The translations under genes were made by a program, and so were the position numbers. From Squalus acanthias (lineage: Eukaryota), in NCBI GenBank assembly GCA_030390025.1, contig CM059438.1, positions 57,848,001 through 57,912,000 of the forward strand: DNA of 64,000 bases. The letters run 5' to 3'. The notes beneath the pieces are model-generated. The model saw only the letters and a list, made by a program, of their open reading frames with translations, was not told where the DNA came from and searched no databases. The number at the start of each line of letters is the position of its first letter. Position 1 is the first letter of the stretch. Shown piece after piece: positions 36,651-49,979 of the stretch.

Positions 36651-38430
36651 GGCCTAGAAATTCGATCGCACCAGAAAACATGCACGCAGCAACAAGGGGA
36701 AATTCGTGCTGGCAGCTCATTATCATGACTCAGTAGTGCAGCCAGCACTATTGGCTGTTTACGTGTGGGGTGGGGTGGGAAATCGGGCTTCACTGACACC
36801 ACGTAAACACAACTAGTACCTCTTAAAGGCGAGGTGCACTCTGGCTGCAGACAGCAGGGCAACACTAAGGTCTAAAATGGCTGGAAGAGGTACAGACTGG
36901 GCACCCAGGTTCTCAGATGCAGCATTGGAGGTCCGGGTCCAGGTTGTTGACAGGAGGAGGGGTGCTCCTGTCCACCCCACTGGAGCAGAAAGTCCTTTGG
37001 GCAACATCTCAGCTGCCAGTGGAAAGAGCTCGCTGAAGAGGTCAATGCTGGTAGCTTAGATCCCAGAACATAGTAACAATGCAGAAAGAAGTTCAATGAC
37101 CTCATCAAGTTGAAGGTAAGAATCCTATCTCTCACATCAATTGCTCTCTCCTCACACGTGTACCACCTGGAACACTACTCACAACACTGTCCTGCCACGC
37201 TTCTCATCACTCTTCTGCAATCATTGCACCACACAACTCTCCACTTTCTCCTCCTACTCGCACACTCTGCGCCTCCTACTCTCACCACTATTGCAACCCT
37301 CACATCTTCTACACATAATACAAAACTATTTGAACATGACAGGCCCACTCTTAAAACATCTCACATGGCTGACACTAACACACTCCCTTCTTTGTTGCAG
37401 GAGAAAATCATGCAAACCCTTTCCCCTTTGGAAGACGACACACTGGCCAACATGTGAAGGTGAAGAGTCATGGCCATGCGAGTGGCAACGCTGGAGGAGA
37501 CATCTCACCATTCGCACTTTGCATGACAAACTGCAACTGCTTTCACCAGCCATTCATCTCTCTCTGCTCTTCATTCACACTAAAGCTAGCCCTTGTCCCT
37601 CTCTATCATTTCAGGTGCTGAAAATGTTAATGTCCCTGTGCCAGAGCAGGAAGAGGAGCCCAACCTTCACAGAATCACAGAATCCCCACAGTGCAGATAG
37701 AGGCCATTTCGGCCCATCGAGCCTGCACCAACACATATCCCACCCTATCCCCGTAACCCCACGTATTTAATCCCCCCTAACACTAAGGGTCAATTTATCA
37801 TAGCCAAATCAACCTAACCCGCACATCTTTGGACTGTGGGAGGAAACCGGGGCACCCGGAGGAAACCCACGCAGACACGGGGAGAATGTGCAAACTCCAC
37901 ACAGACAGTCACCCGTGGCTGGATTCGAACCTGGGTCCCTGGCGCTGTGAGGCAACAGTGCTAACCACTATGCCACCATGTTGCCCTGAAGATGCAGCAT
38001 CAATCAATCTGACCCTTGAAAGCATCAGCTCAGAGACCGGCACCACACGTACTTTAAAGGGTAGGTTAGAGGAGGTGGTGAATCACTGGTTACAAATGTG
38101 CAGGAGCTAGGGCACAGGGACTGGAAGCCACAGGTGCCAGCTCACCAGAGGGTGCAATCACATACTAGCTCTGCTGCATATGACTCAGATGCTGGCTTCA
38201 AGGACCCAGTCTACTGAAGAACACTGATGGCCATACACCAGGAAATGCTAGGTGCCCGAGGCAGCCTGCCAGACAGCTTGCACAAGGTGGTTCAGAGCAT
38301 GGAGGAATCCAGCTCCAACTTGTGTTGGGGCATCATGCAGAGAATGGAGACGATTTTGTCCAACACAATTTTATTGGTCAGCTCCAGGAACAAGACAGTG
38401 GTGCCAACCATGGTGGAACCTGTTTACAGT
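36651..38430 (+). mobile_element. Harbinger left end with decayed three-exon Myb/SANT gene
   Basis: TIR GGCCTAGAAATTCGAT. MAGRGTDWAPRFSDAALEV..CRKKFNDL|GTAAGA at 36877-37115, with further exons from 37401 and 37616. Confidence 0.8.
37668..37986 (-). mobile_element. V-SINE (HE1-like) tRNA-derived SINE
   Basis: Minus strand starts GGGCAACATGGTGGCATAGTGGTTAGCAC..GGTTCGAATCC, followed by a V-domain-like core and a CR1-type GATTCTGT repeat tail. Confidence 0.85.
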
Positions 38431-38446
38431 TCACTCTTTTCTCATG

Positions 38447-40460
38447 GAACATAGGAACAGGAGTAGGCCATTCAGCCCTTTGAGTCTGTTCCACTATTCA
38501 ATTAGATCTTGGCTGATCTGAATCTTAACTCCATCAACTGCCTTGGTTCCATAACCCTTAATACCCTTACCCAACAAAAATCTATGGGGGGAATTTTAAC
38601 CTAAAAAAATGGGTGGGTTGGGGGCGTGTAGGTAGTTAAAGTGTTAAAAATCTGAATCCCGACCTGAACCCGCCTACTTCCGGTTTTAACGGAGGCAGGA
38701 TGGGGGGTGGGCAGCCAACCTGCTCCCAGGAGGCGGATCTATTTAAATATTATAATGAGTGTGGAAGCCTCTGCTTTAACCTCCATTTTGTATTTAACTT
38801 TAGCTGGTCGGGTTTTGCACGCCTCGTGAAACCCGCCAGCTAAAGCAAGGCGAGGACTGCTGGATCCAGGAGGTAAGTGCTTTTACACTTACCTCCTGGA
38901 TCCAGGGTCCCTACCTAACCCACCCCCGCGATCAGAGACCTTCCCCACGAGGCCACCCCCCCCAGGCCTCCGACCCCTCCCCAGCCATCTAATTCCTTCC
39001 TCCCCCCCCCGCCACAGGCTTCCAAGCACCCTAGGCCTACAATCCCACATGCCCCCCCGAACCCGGCCTCCAATTTCACCCCCCCAGCCTATGATTCCCG
39101 CCCCCACAGGCCTCCAAACTCCTGCTTCTACGATTCCCCCCCCCCCCGCCTCGGCTAATGTTCCCCACCCCCAAGGCCTACCGCCCCCCCCCCCTCCTTT
39201 CCGATCCTTTGTCTCGGCCCCTGATCCTCCTCGCACACCCATCCCCCCCCCGATCCCTTAGTGATCCCTCCTCCCCTGCTGGTCCCGGCCCACCCCGTGC
39301 TCCTCCGGCCACCCCCTGATCCCTCCCTCTGTGTGGCCTAGTGCTGCACGCCTACCCTCCCGGAGCCAGCCAGCCTCTCAATCTGGCTGGCTGCAGGTGG
39401 GAAACAGAGGCTTCTCATACAAATCAGGCCCTGCCATTAAATTCGGAAGGACCTGCGGGAAATCCGCATCGGAGCCCCCCACCCAACCCACCTTCCTCAT
39501 TAAAATCCAGCCCTATCAATCTCAGTTTTGAAATATTCAATTAACCTTCAGCCTCAACAGCTTTTTGGGGGAGAGAGTTCCAGATTTCCACTACCCTCTG
39601 TGTGAAGAAGTGGTTTCTCACATCACCCCTGAATGACGCAGCCATAATTTTAAAGTTTTGCCCACTTGTTCTGGACTCCCCCACCAGAGGAAATAGTTTC
39701 TCTCTATCTACCCTATCAATTCCTTTAATCATCTTAAACACCTCAATTAGATCACCCCTTAATCTTCTATACTCAAGGGAATACAAGCCTAGTCTATGCA
39801 ACCTGTCCTCAAAATTTAACCCTTTTAGCCCTGGTATCATTCTGGTAAATCTGTGCTGCTCCCCGTCCAAGGCCATTATATTCTTCCTGAGATGTGGTGC
39901 CCAGAACTGAACTCAGTACTCCAGATGGAGTCTAACCAGAGCTTTACATAACTGTAAAATAACATCTCCCCCTTTGTATTCCAGCCCCCTTGAGATAAAG
40001 GCCAACCTTCCATCAGCCTTTTTAATTATTTTTTGGAACCTGTCCACTAGCTTTTAGTGATTTCTTTACTTGGACCCCTAAATTTCTCTGCTCCTCCAGT
40101 TCCTAGCTTCTCATCATTTACAAAATACTCTGATCTATCTTTGTTAGGTCCAAAGTGGATGACCTCAAAATTTCCCACATTGAACTCCATCTGCAACTGG
40201 TTTGCCCACTCATCTAATCTATCAACGTCCCTTTGCAACTTTCTGCTCCCATCTACACTATTGACTGTGACACCTAACTTGGATATACGGTTCTTTGTTC
40301 CTTCATCGAAGCAATTTCTAAGTACAGAGAAAAGCTGGGGCCCCAGTACAGATCCCTGGGGGACACCACTAGTCACATCCTGCTAATTTGAGTACATACC
40401 CATTATCCCTACTCTCCGCATTGAACTCTATCTGCCATGCTTCTGCCCATTTCACCATCC
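38447..40460 (-). mobile_element. CR1 3' fragment interrupted by a MITE
   Basis: [10 protein letters not shown] through FFTQRVV on the minus strand. Confidence 0.88.
38586..39513. mobile_element. Harbinger-type MITE with C-rich core
   Basis: GGGGGGAATTTTAA ... TTAAAATCCAGCCC with TSD TAT. Removing it restores the CR1 sequence AAAAATCTATCAATCTC. Confidence 0.88.
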
Positions 40461-42060
40461 TAAGTCATCAAGAATGCCTATAACTATCCTCATCATGATC
40501 GGCTACTTTCCCAAGTTGCGTGTCATTGCAAACTTTATAATGCTGCTCACTACACCCCAGTCTAGGTCGAGCTGATCCAGCAAATTATGTTTCGGTGAGT
40601 ATTGGTGGGTGCAAGTCCTGCCTCATTGGTTCAAATCTGATGCAATTTGCCACATGGAACCTCAGGGCCACAGAGGCAAAGACATTGGCCTAGAAATTCG
40701 AACCTTTAGCGTTGTCCGTTAAGGCCAGTTTTGAAGAAAAAATGGTGGCAGCCTCGCTTCTGTCCACTTCTGACACGGAACACGATGGCAGCCATGTTGG
40801 GCAGGTCGGCAGCGCTGCCGTTGCTTGTGCTCACTGCAAGTATTGTAATTACCTGGAGCGTGACATCAATCAGCGTATAATGCAGAATTGATGCACGCTT
40901 AGCGATTTTGGACGTTGCCACTCCTATAACCGCCCTCTCCAAAGCATGCCCGTACGTGCAGCCATTGAGAGCACATAGAGCTGGGAGAAAGCGGTGGTGA
41001 GCTATAAACTGTACAGTAAACAGCTGCTGAGATAACTGGTAACTATGGAAGCTCACACTAAGGCCGGAATTTTCATGGGTGTTAGCGATGCGATTGGTGG
41101 CGGGTTGGGTGGAAAAGTTGTTATTTTTGACAGCAGGTCAGGAACCCGCTGTCATCTCGCTCCCACGCGCCTTTCCCCCGGCGCATCTGTCATCGCGGAG
41201 CTGACCTGACCGGCAGCGGCGGGCGACCAATTGAAATCATTATCAGGTAGTTTACAGGCACTTAAGAGCCTATTTCCCCCTACATTTAAATTTCCCTGCA
41301 TGAGGGATTCACGCAGCTCGGGAACCACGTCTGTCAACCTGAGGCAGAAGTTCCATGGTAATTGCTCCAACTGATTACTTGACAGCATCAAATGTACAGT
41401 AAAAGCTCCCCCTGACAGATGATCACTTTCCTCAGACAGAAGCTGTTGCTCAGTCCATTTCCAGCACAGATTCTGCAGGCTGCAAGTCTTTCCAGCAAAG
41501 TCTCCATCCAGTGTCACCTCGCTGGAAGAACTCTCTCACCACTGACAGAATGCTTCTGTCATCTGTACTTCACCTGCCATTTATTCCATCAACATGGGTG
41601 CCGTTTATACTATCTCACCATGGTCCTCAGAATCGGACCATGATGAGCCTCAACACCAGCAGCACCAGGCACACCAGCAGCACCAACAACAACACCAACC
41701 TTCTCTGCAATCACCTGATGCTGCACAGGGCATCAGTACCCAAGCACATTGCTGCCCAGCAGGCCAAGGATGGCCTCATCATGGCCAGATTTAGTTAACT
41801 TTACGCTGTACATCCATTTGGCTGCCACAAGATGCGCCAGGTTGGCACCACCCCAAACCAACATCATAAAGAATCCCTACAATGATCAAGCCATTCCTTT
41901 CACACTCATCACCATTGCAAGGAGCACCGTTATGTCTCACCATTTGCTGCTATTCACTAAGCCACTTCCAAAGGTGCACACAAATCTGTCTCCAGTCCTT
42001 GCTCCCATACTGCCCCCCTGTTCTGACACTAAAGCCACTCTTGTACCTCCCTGCTTTCAG

Positions 42061-42983
42061 ATAGTAAACCACCAGCTGACCAGCCTGTCCCTCAACCTAC
42101 CAGTGGCAGCGATGCCCCAGGCGAGGAGGAACAGGAAGCCGGAGCCTCACTGCCTGCGTTTCCCGAGGGAACCCATGCCGACACTGGGACCACGCCTTCC
42201 CTGGAGGGGAGCAGGGGGGTAGGGTCTGATGAGGGCGAAGCTCCGGGACCCAGCGGGCTGCAGCAACGCCATGGGGGTAGGGAAGCCCGGGGGCCATCTC
42301 TCCGGAGGGCGAGTAGGCAAGCGAGTCCTGCTGCACTGGACTCAGAGGAGGACCGCGTCATCGCGGCCATGAATAGCCAGGCCTTGAGCATGCATACTGA
42401 GCTCATGGGTGCAATGGCAAGGGTGCCCGAAAGCATGGATGGACTGGCTAGGAGTGTGGAGCAGTCTGCTGCAGCACAGGCCGACGCAACGCAACGGCTT
42501 AGTGCTGCAATTCACTTACTGACTGCTGCCATCCTCACTGGGTCGGCCACATTGCTCCGGGGCTCTCACGGTGCCGCAGCAGGCCAGCAATCTGTGCTCG
42601 AGCAAATTGCTCCGGATGCTGAGGTACTGCTCTGTGGGAGTGCCAGTCTGTCGGTCAAGCAGGAAGGTGCTGTCCTCTCTCAGGATGACAGCATTCCTGC
42701 TCCCACCACTGGCACTTCCCCATTGCACTTGCCACCGCCTGCAACACAGCCAGCCCAGACTCCTGCCGCCCATGCAGAGTTGGTGCAGTCTGCAGTCGGG
42801 GCCTCCAGGCCCAGAGCTGGTCGAGGGTGTCCTTCAAGGGCATCTGTAGTCTCTGCATCTGACATTCAGCAGCCTTCCACCAGCCTTGCTGCAGCCACTG
42901 GGGCCCCATTACGGAGGAGCAGTAGGGTGGGAAGAGGGGAAGTGCGCAGGGGATGGAGATCACCCTCGAAGGGCAAACAGTAG
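42061..42983 (+). pseudogene. Last exon of a Harbinger Myb-associated gene
   Basis: Follows a CTTTCAG acceptor. Ala/Ser/Pro-rich 204-aa ORF, convergent with the transposase and similar in style to exon 3 relics at 16.3, 38.2 and 62.1 kb. Confidence 0.7.
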
Positions 42984-43289
42984 GTGGTCTAAATAAATGG
43001 TGGGAATGTTTGTAGTAAAGGTCGAAGTTCGTGTGATTACATTTGTTTACTGTTTTGCCGTTTATCTCCATCTTGTGAGAACCAGTTCTGTTAGTTCATG
43101 ATTTGTTGTGTTTGTTTCTAATTGTTTGTTCTGAATAAATGACACACACAGAGTTTGTTAAAGAAAAAAGTTGTTGTATTCAAAATGTACATTTTGGCCT
43201 TTGCAATCATTCCAGCTTTGGCAGGCAATAGGGGGTGCGGGTTGCTTTCCATGATGTTGTTCTCCATGCCAGAAGCCATCTTCTGAGTA

Positions 43290-44447
43290 GGGGCCGAGAA
43301 GCGGCTTCTTATCAGCTGTTCACGGACGGACCTTGCAGTGGCAACATTGTGTGCCTCCCTCCCACGTTGGTGCTGCTGCTGATCCTTCTCCTCATCCTCC
43401 GCCTCCTCTTCCTCAGGTGGTGCACCAATCCCTGGTGGCATTGGCTGGGTCCTCAGGATTGCCAGGTTGTGAAGCATGCAGCACACAACTATGAACAGGG
43501 AGACTCACACAGGAGAGTACTGCATGGCTCCTCCTGAGTGGTGCAAACAGCGGAACCGTTGCTTCAGCACGCCGATCGTCTGCTCAATTATGTTCCTGGT
43601 GGCGATATGGCTCTCATTATACCACAGCTCGGCAGGAGTGTTGGGATTACGGAGTGGTGTCATCAGCCAGGTGCAGAGTGGATAACCCTTGTCCCCCGAG
43701 GAGCCATCCACCTGGGTGATGCGGTGCCTGGAAAAGGTCTGGCACACCAGTCTGGCGCAGGATGAAAGCATCGTGGCTGCTGCCAGGATAGCGGGCATTG
43801 ACTGCGAGTATCAGCTGTCTGTGGTCACAGACCAACTGCATATTTAAGGAGTGGTAGCCCTTGCGGTTTCGGAATACCTCTGCATTTTCATGCGGTGCCC
43901 GCAGTGCCACATGCGTGCAGTCAACGGTGCCCTGCACCATGGGGAAGCCCGCTATCCCAGCAAAGCCACATGCGCAGCATTCATGTTTGGCCCGGGTCAT
44001 GGGGAAAGAGATGTACTGGCGTCTCCTTTTATACAGGGCATTTGTCACCTCCCAAATACAACAATGGACAGCGAACTGGGAGATATTGGCGATGTCCCCA
44101 GTAGTAGTTTGAAAGGAGCCGCTGGCATAAAAATTCAGAGCCACTGTCACCTTCACTGCCACCGACAGAGACGTCCTGGTCCTCAGTTGAGGCTGCAGAT
44201 CTGGTTGCAGCAGGTGGCAGAGCTCAGTGACCACCTCCTTGGTGAAGCGCAGCCTGCGCAAACACTGCTCCTCAGACAAATGAAGGTATGAGAACTGCTC
44301 CCCGAATAGCCTTGGAGGGTAAGGTCTCCTGTGCAGAGGCCTGTTGGCCCTCCTCCATCTGGCCATGTTTGCCACTCTCTCTCTGCGTCTCTGCTGCCTC
44401 CGATTCAGCAGGTGCAGGACGATGCCCCGATTCAGTGCAGCCCCCAT
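43290..44447 (-). pseudogene. PIF/Harbinger DDE transposase (HARBI1-like family), one frameshift and one stop
   Basis: Motifs [41 protein letters not shown] and CCMLHN. The element end CCGAATTTTTCCCCC is at 44910. Confidence 0.93.
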
Positions 44448-46367
44448 AGTCTCTTCTAAATCACTGCAATGAAGGTCAAATCAAAATGAAGCTGCAAAGT
44501 GCTGCTCAGTACCCAAAACTCCTTCACACAGCGTTGAATCTCTCCAGAAGTCTCTCTCTCTCTCAGAGTGTGTGGTGCAAAAATGTCGCCGACAAAAAAA
44601 GGCAGGAAGCGGCCGCCTTTAAATAGCGCTCCCCCAGCCCCTTCCCGACTGCAAAACGCTCCCCTCAACCTGTCGTTGCCAGCGGCAGGCGGAGCCACTC
44701 AATATCCGTTCCAGGGCGCTACCGGGGCGTTGCACGCTTGAATGATGTCACGATCTGCGGGCGCAGGAGATCGTGGCGGTATTGTTTAACGCTGCCGCAC
44801 AATGTCTGGTCAATTTCGCAAGCGGCGCAAACATCGCCGCGCTCGGGCGCTAGTTGCTTTGCCCTAAGAGGGCGCTAACGGGAGGCGCAAATCAACCGAA
44901 TTTTTCCCCCAAGTAGTAAATACTTTTAGAATAAACTATACAGTGCTACAGTAAGAATCTCAGGAAAAAATCCAAGCTGCATTTCCTTAAATTTTATATA
45001 CTGGGTTTTCGAGTTTTGGAACTGATAAAATAATATGAAAAGTTTTGAAATCTGTTTTTAAAAGGCCAAGAATTAAGGAAAATTTAACACCATATTCTCT
45101 ACAAGAACTCTTCAAAAGTCTGTTGTTGTTAAAAAATTAATTGAACACTCTTCTGCACCATTTACACCAGTAAAATCGTGACCAAGAGGTTCATATTTCC
45201 CTTTTTTTTTTAATTTATTTCAATTCACATTTACTGTGCTACTTTTAAATAAGTTACACCCAAATAACTGACTTCAATTGTCTTTCAGTTTATGATCCAG
45301 ATCAAGCTGGCTTTTTTTCATTGTTGCTTAATTTAATTCATTTTTTTGGTCTTTTCAAGAGCCAGTTTACATCAAGAACATGCTGATGAACCCGCTAAAC
45401 AAAGAAATATTAAGATTTATCGACAGTTTTTTGTTCTTATTGAAAATATGTACATAGGTGCCTATATAATATATAGTTCCTTTACAACCATAATCCAAAA
45501 ATAGGCTTGGAAGAACAGTTTGGATTTTCATGTCTTGTGATAATTGCCTTATTTTAACAAATTTAACAAGTGGCCCAGTACTCACTGGTATCTCTTGCAT
45601 CCTTGCCACTTTAGCAACATCTGTCTTCCATAAAATGGCGCTACTTCCTTTATATTGCACTCAGTTCATTATATTTTCTGCGTTCGGCTTATATTTTGGG
45701 CATAATCTCAGGATTTCTCATGCAATGGTTTAAGGAAATCTATGCCGGGCTTTCACTTGGAAATGTGACTGCCTGAGAATGCTGCACCGATCCTTTAGAT
45801 GTGACCTTCATCTCCTGCTGATGTTACCACCAGAAAGATAGCGTTGCACTGGAGCTTTTGCGCTGCGCTCATTTAAATCAGCGGCAGGACCAAAATACCG
45901 ATGCTCCCTGCGCTTTTTGTGGGCGGCCGTTAACCTTGGCCCGCAGTGGTACCGCCCCATTTCAGGCTTAATCGAATTTCTAGGCCACTCTTACTTACCT
46001 TATGCTCTGCTAGCCTGCTCCTGCAATCTTCAGCCAGTCTTGGCTTTTTAAGTGCTACACATTTAATTTACTACCACCTCCAAGTGCATTAGTCCCATTT
46101 TACATGGGAGTTGCCGTACTAAACTGCCAATGGATATTTAAAGGAGCTGACCCCACAACTCACAGCATGGTCACTGTTGAAGAGCATGGGTGGGAGTTCG
46201 TGCTGCCTCTCCGCAACACTGGTGTAAATGGCCCCGTAAACTTTCAGCACCCTTTGTATCCAAAACAGCACATACAGGATAATCAAGTACACCCTAATTG
46301 CGGTATCAAGCACTTTCCTTTTTCCACACATCCTTATCATCTTTTTGTTTTAAAGAAAATCTGTTAC

Positions 46368-47062
46368 ATATCCGCAGCACAACTAAGACCGCCTATTTCC
46401 ACCTCTGTAACATTGCCCATCTCCGCCCTTGCCTCAGCTCATCTGCTGCTGAAACCTTCATCCATGCCTTTCTTACCACTAGCCTTGAATATTCCAATGC
46501 ACTCCTGGCTGGCCTCCCACATTCTACCCTATGTAAACTTATGGTCATCCAATACTCAGCTGCCCATGTTCTAACTTGCACCAAGTGCCGTTCTCCCATC
46601 ACCCCAGTGCTCGCTGATCTACATTGGCTCCCGGTTAAGCAACGCCTCAATTTTAAAATTCTCATCCTTGTTTTCAAATCCCTCCATGGCCTCGCCCCTC
46701 CCTATCTCTGTAATCTCCTCCAGCCCCACAACTCCCTGAGATATCTGCGCTCCTCTAATTCTCCCCTCTTGAGCATCCCCAATTATAATCGCTCAACCAT
46801 CGGTGGCCGTGCCTTCAGCTGCCTAGGCCCTAAGCTCTGGAACTCCCTCCCTAAACATCTCCGCCTCTCTACCTCTCTTTCCTCCTTTAAGACGCTCCTT
46901 AAAACCTACCTCTTTGACCAAGCTTTTGGTTATCTGCCCTAATTTCTCCTTACGTGGCTCGGTGTCAAATTTTTTGTCTTATAACACTGCTGTGAAACAC
47001 CTTGGGATGTTTTACTATGTTAAAGGTGCTATATAAATACAAATACAAGTTGTTGTTGTTGT
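46368..47062 (+). mobile_element. L2 LINE 3' fragment
   Basis: HAFLTTSLEYSNALL, LHWLPV and FKTLLKTYLF; tail GTGCTATATAAATAC..(GTT)n. Confidence 0.9.
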
Positions 47063-47726
47063 TTATTCTGACTTGATGGTCTGTCATTTTTGCTGCTACT
47101 TGTAGTGTGTGTTGATGATGCTTCTTGGCTGCAGGTCTGGTTCCAGGCGAGTACACTGGAATAGCAGCCGCTTTTCAGAACCATACTTCTTTAATTAATT
47201 TTTTTCCCCTGTAAAATATGATTTTTTGATAATCTGCAGGATCTTGTGTGCAAAGTAGGGTATGTAGGAGGGATTTTTACTCCTTTTCTAGTCCTTTGCA
47301 CTTTGAGGTACCTTCTTGGAATCCGACTTAACAGATTTGAAGAAGGATAAGGAGGAAGAAAACAATGTTGCCCTGCATGCACCTGCCCACAATAGTGCAA
47401 CCTACATGAATCGCAGAGCTTCCATTCCATCAATCTGGAGCTAGTCCATGACCATCTGCACAGGATTGTGGAAGACAATGCTCACTTGACTAACAGCTAC
47501 CATGATGCCTTTGTTTTGCACCAGTCCTCTATTCCCCAATTAGTTGACTCTGATTGACAAGTGCAAGGTTGACCCCTTGGAGACCAAGGCTACCCACTAC
47601 TGACCTGATTAATGACACCTACATCATCTTAGCTTGCTGCATGATACACAACTTTGCTTTGCAAGTTGGAATGCACATGGTGCTGTCAGGGGAGGAGAAC
47701 CCTCAGTCTACCGAGGATGAGGCCAC

Positions 47727-49025
47727 AACAACAACAACAATTTATATTTATATAGCGCCTTTAATGTAGTAAAACGTCCCAAGGGGCTTCACAGGAGCCA
47801 CATAAGAAATTAGGGCAGATGACCAAAAGCTTGGTCAAAGAGGTAGGTTTTAAGGAGAGTCTTAAAGGAGGAAAGAGAGGTAGCGAGGCGGAGATGTTTA
47901 GGAAGGGAGTTCCAGAACTTAGGGCCTCGGCAGCTGACGGTACGGCCACCGATTGTTGAGAGATTATAATCAAGGATGTTCAAAAGGGCAGAATTTCAGG
48001 AGTGCAGATATCTCGGGGGGTTGTGGGGCTGAAGGAGATTACAGAGATAGGGAGGGGCGAGGCCATGAAGGGATTTGAAAACAAGGATGAGAATTTTGAA
48101 ATTAAGGCGTTGCTTAACCGGGAGCCAATGTAGGTCAGCAAGCACAGGGGGTGATGGGTGAACGGGACTTGGTGTGAGTTAGGACACGGGCAGCCGAGTT
48201 TTGGATGCTCTCAAGTTTACGTAGGGTAAAATGTGGGAGGCCAGCCAGGAGTGCGTTGGAATAGTCAAGTCTAGAGGTAACAAAGGCATGGATGAGGGTT
48301 TCAGCAGTAGATGAGCTGAGGCAGTGGCGGAGACGGGCACCGTTGCGGAGGTGGAAATAGGCGGTCTTAGTTATGCAACAGATATGTGGTCGGAAGCTCA
48401 TATCAGGGTCAAATATGACACCAAGGTTGCGAACGGTTTGGTTCAGCCTCAGACAGATGCTAGGGAGAGGGATGGAGTCAGTGGCTATGGAACGGAGTTT
48501 ATGGCGGGGCCCGAAAACAATGGCTTCGTTCTTCCCAATATTTATTGGAGAAAATTTCTGCTCATCCAATACTGGATGTCGGACAAGCAGTGCGTCAATT
48601 TAGAGACCGTGGAGGGGTTGAGAGAAGTGGTGCTGAGGTAGAGCTGGGTGTCGTCAGCGTACATGGGGAAACTGATGCCGTGTTTTCGGATGATGTCACC
48701 AAAGGGCAGCATATAGATGAGAAATAGGAGGGGGCCAAGGATAGATCCTTGGGGGACCCCAGAGGTAACGATGTGGGAGTGGGAGGAGAAGCCATTGCAG
48801 GTGATTTTCTGGCTATGATTAGATAGATAAGAATGGAACCAGGTGAATGCAGTCCCACCCAGCTGGACGATGGTGGCGAGGCGTTGGAGGAGGATGGAGT
48901 GGTCAACCGTGTCAAAGGCTGCAGACAGGTCGAGAAGGACGAGGAGGGATAGTTTACCTTTGTCACAGTTACAAAGGATGTTATTTGTGACTTTGATGAG
49001 AGCTGTTTCGGTACTGTGGCAAGGG
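47727..49025 (-). mobile_element. L2 LINE RT/3' fragment
   Basis: HSTETAL, LLDLSAAFDTVDH, GVPQGSILGP and YADDTQLY. Confidence 0.92.
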
Positions 49026-49423
49026 CGGACACATTTTAGATTGAGGATGTACCAATGAACAACAGTTGCCAGAGCCAACTGGACCATTCATTTCACGCAG
49101 GGTCATTACCGAAACACTCTCTGGACAGAATGCACTGCACAGTTGGGCAGCATGCAGCAAGCCACTACATTACACGCTCCTACATTGGTCTGTTGCTAAT
49201 GTTTGCCACCTTGGTGTTAGCCTTTGGTAAATAACAACAACAAATTGCATTTATAAAGCATCTTTAATATAGTAAAATGTCCCAAGGCACTTCACAGGAG
49301 CATAATCAAACAAAATTGACACCAATCTCAAATGTTGGTTAATAACTTGATGGTCTGGCTGCTTTGATGATTTGGCAAGAAAGGGTTATTTCATTCTCTC
49401 AGTAGCTTTTGCATATTATAATA

Positions 49424-49787
49424 CAGGAAACTCTCTTTTAACCGGCACCCAAATAACCGGAAATCTCTCTTAACCGGCAAAATTCTTGAGTAGGTAACCG
49501 GGGTTTTCCTTCATCTCTCCTTTAAAAATAACTTTAAAAAAAACCCCGAGGCATTTGCCTTGTATCGGAGCATGTAGATTGGGAGGGGAATGTGCAGCCC
49601 GGGTAGGCAGCGGACACGACAGATGGTCAGCTGGCGGTCCCCGGGGAGACGGAGCTCCGAATGCAGGCGCATGTCAGTGTGTACGGGGCTCTCATACGTT
49701 GGGAGATATAACTCTCCATTATCCGGACTTTTTGATTAACCGGCACCACGCTGGTCCCGTCGGTGCCGGTTAATAAAGAGTTTCCTG
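49424..49787. mobile_element. Tc1/mariner (pogo/Tigger-like) MITE
   Basis: TIRs CAGGAAACTCT..TTAACCGGCAC with TA on both sides. Absent from the paralogous site near 18915. Confidence 0.85.
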
Positions 49788-49878
49788 TATGAGGTTGGTA
49801 GTGTAAATGTTAAATTAATCCAATCTGGTTGATGTAACATGGTTTGTCAAGCCAAATTTAGGCATCATTCACTTATAG

Positions 49879-49979
49879 AAATAAGAACAGAAAATGCTGG
49901 AAATACTCAGCAGGTCAGGCAGCATCTGTGGAGAGAGAAACAGAGTTAACATTTCAGGTCGATGACCTTTCGTCAGAAA
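49879..49979. repeat. Short interspersed repeat, possibly a Penelope-like terminal fragment
   Basis: AGAAAATGCTGGAAATACTCAGCAGGTCAGGCAGCATCTGTGG; an insertion relative to the 19.0-kb paralogue. Family assignment is from recollection only. Confidence 0.45.

Noticed and set aside
38889..39261. Gly-rich and Pro-rich ORFs
   Set aside because: These come from the low-complexity C-rich core of a MITE.
43290..44447. Domesticated HARBI1 gene
   Set aside because: It has a frameshift and an internal stop, an adjacent TIR, and MITE derivatives, so it is a transposon copy.
45367..45733. ORFs in the AT-rich segment
   Set aside because: There are no recognisable motifs, splice structure or homologue in the window.
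36651..45986. One 9.3-kb Harbinger with perfect 16-bp TIRs and ACT flanks
   Set aside because: The sequence after 45986 does not continue exon B2, and a second similar left end exists at 40687, so the pairing is ambiguous.
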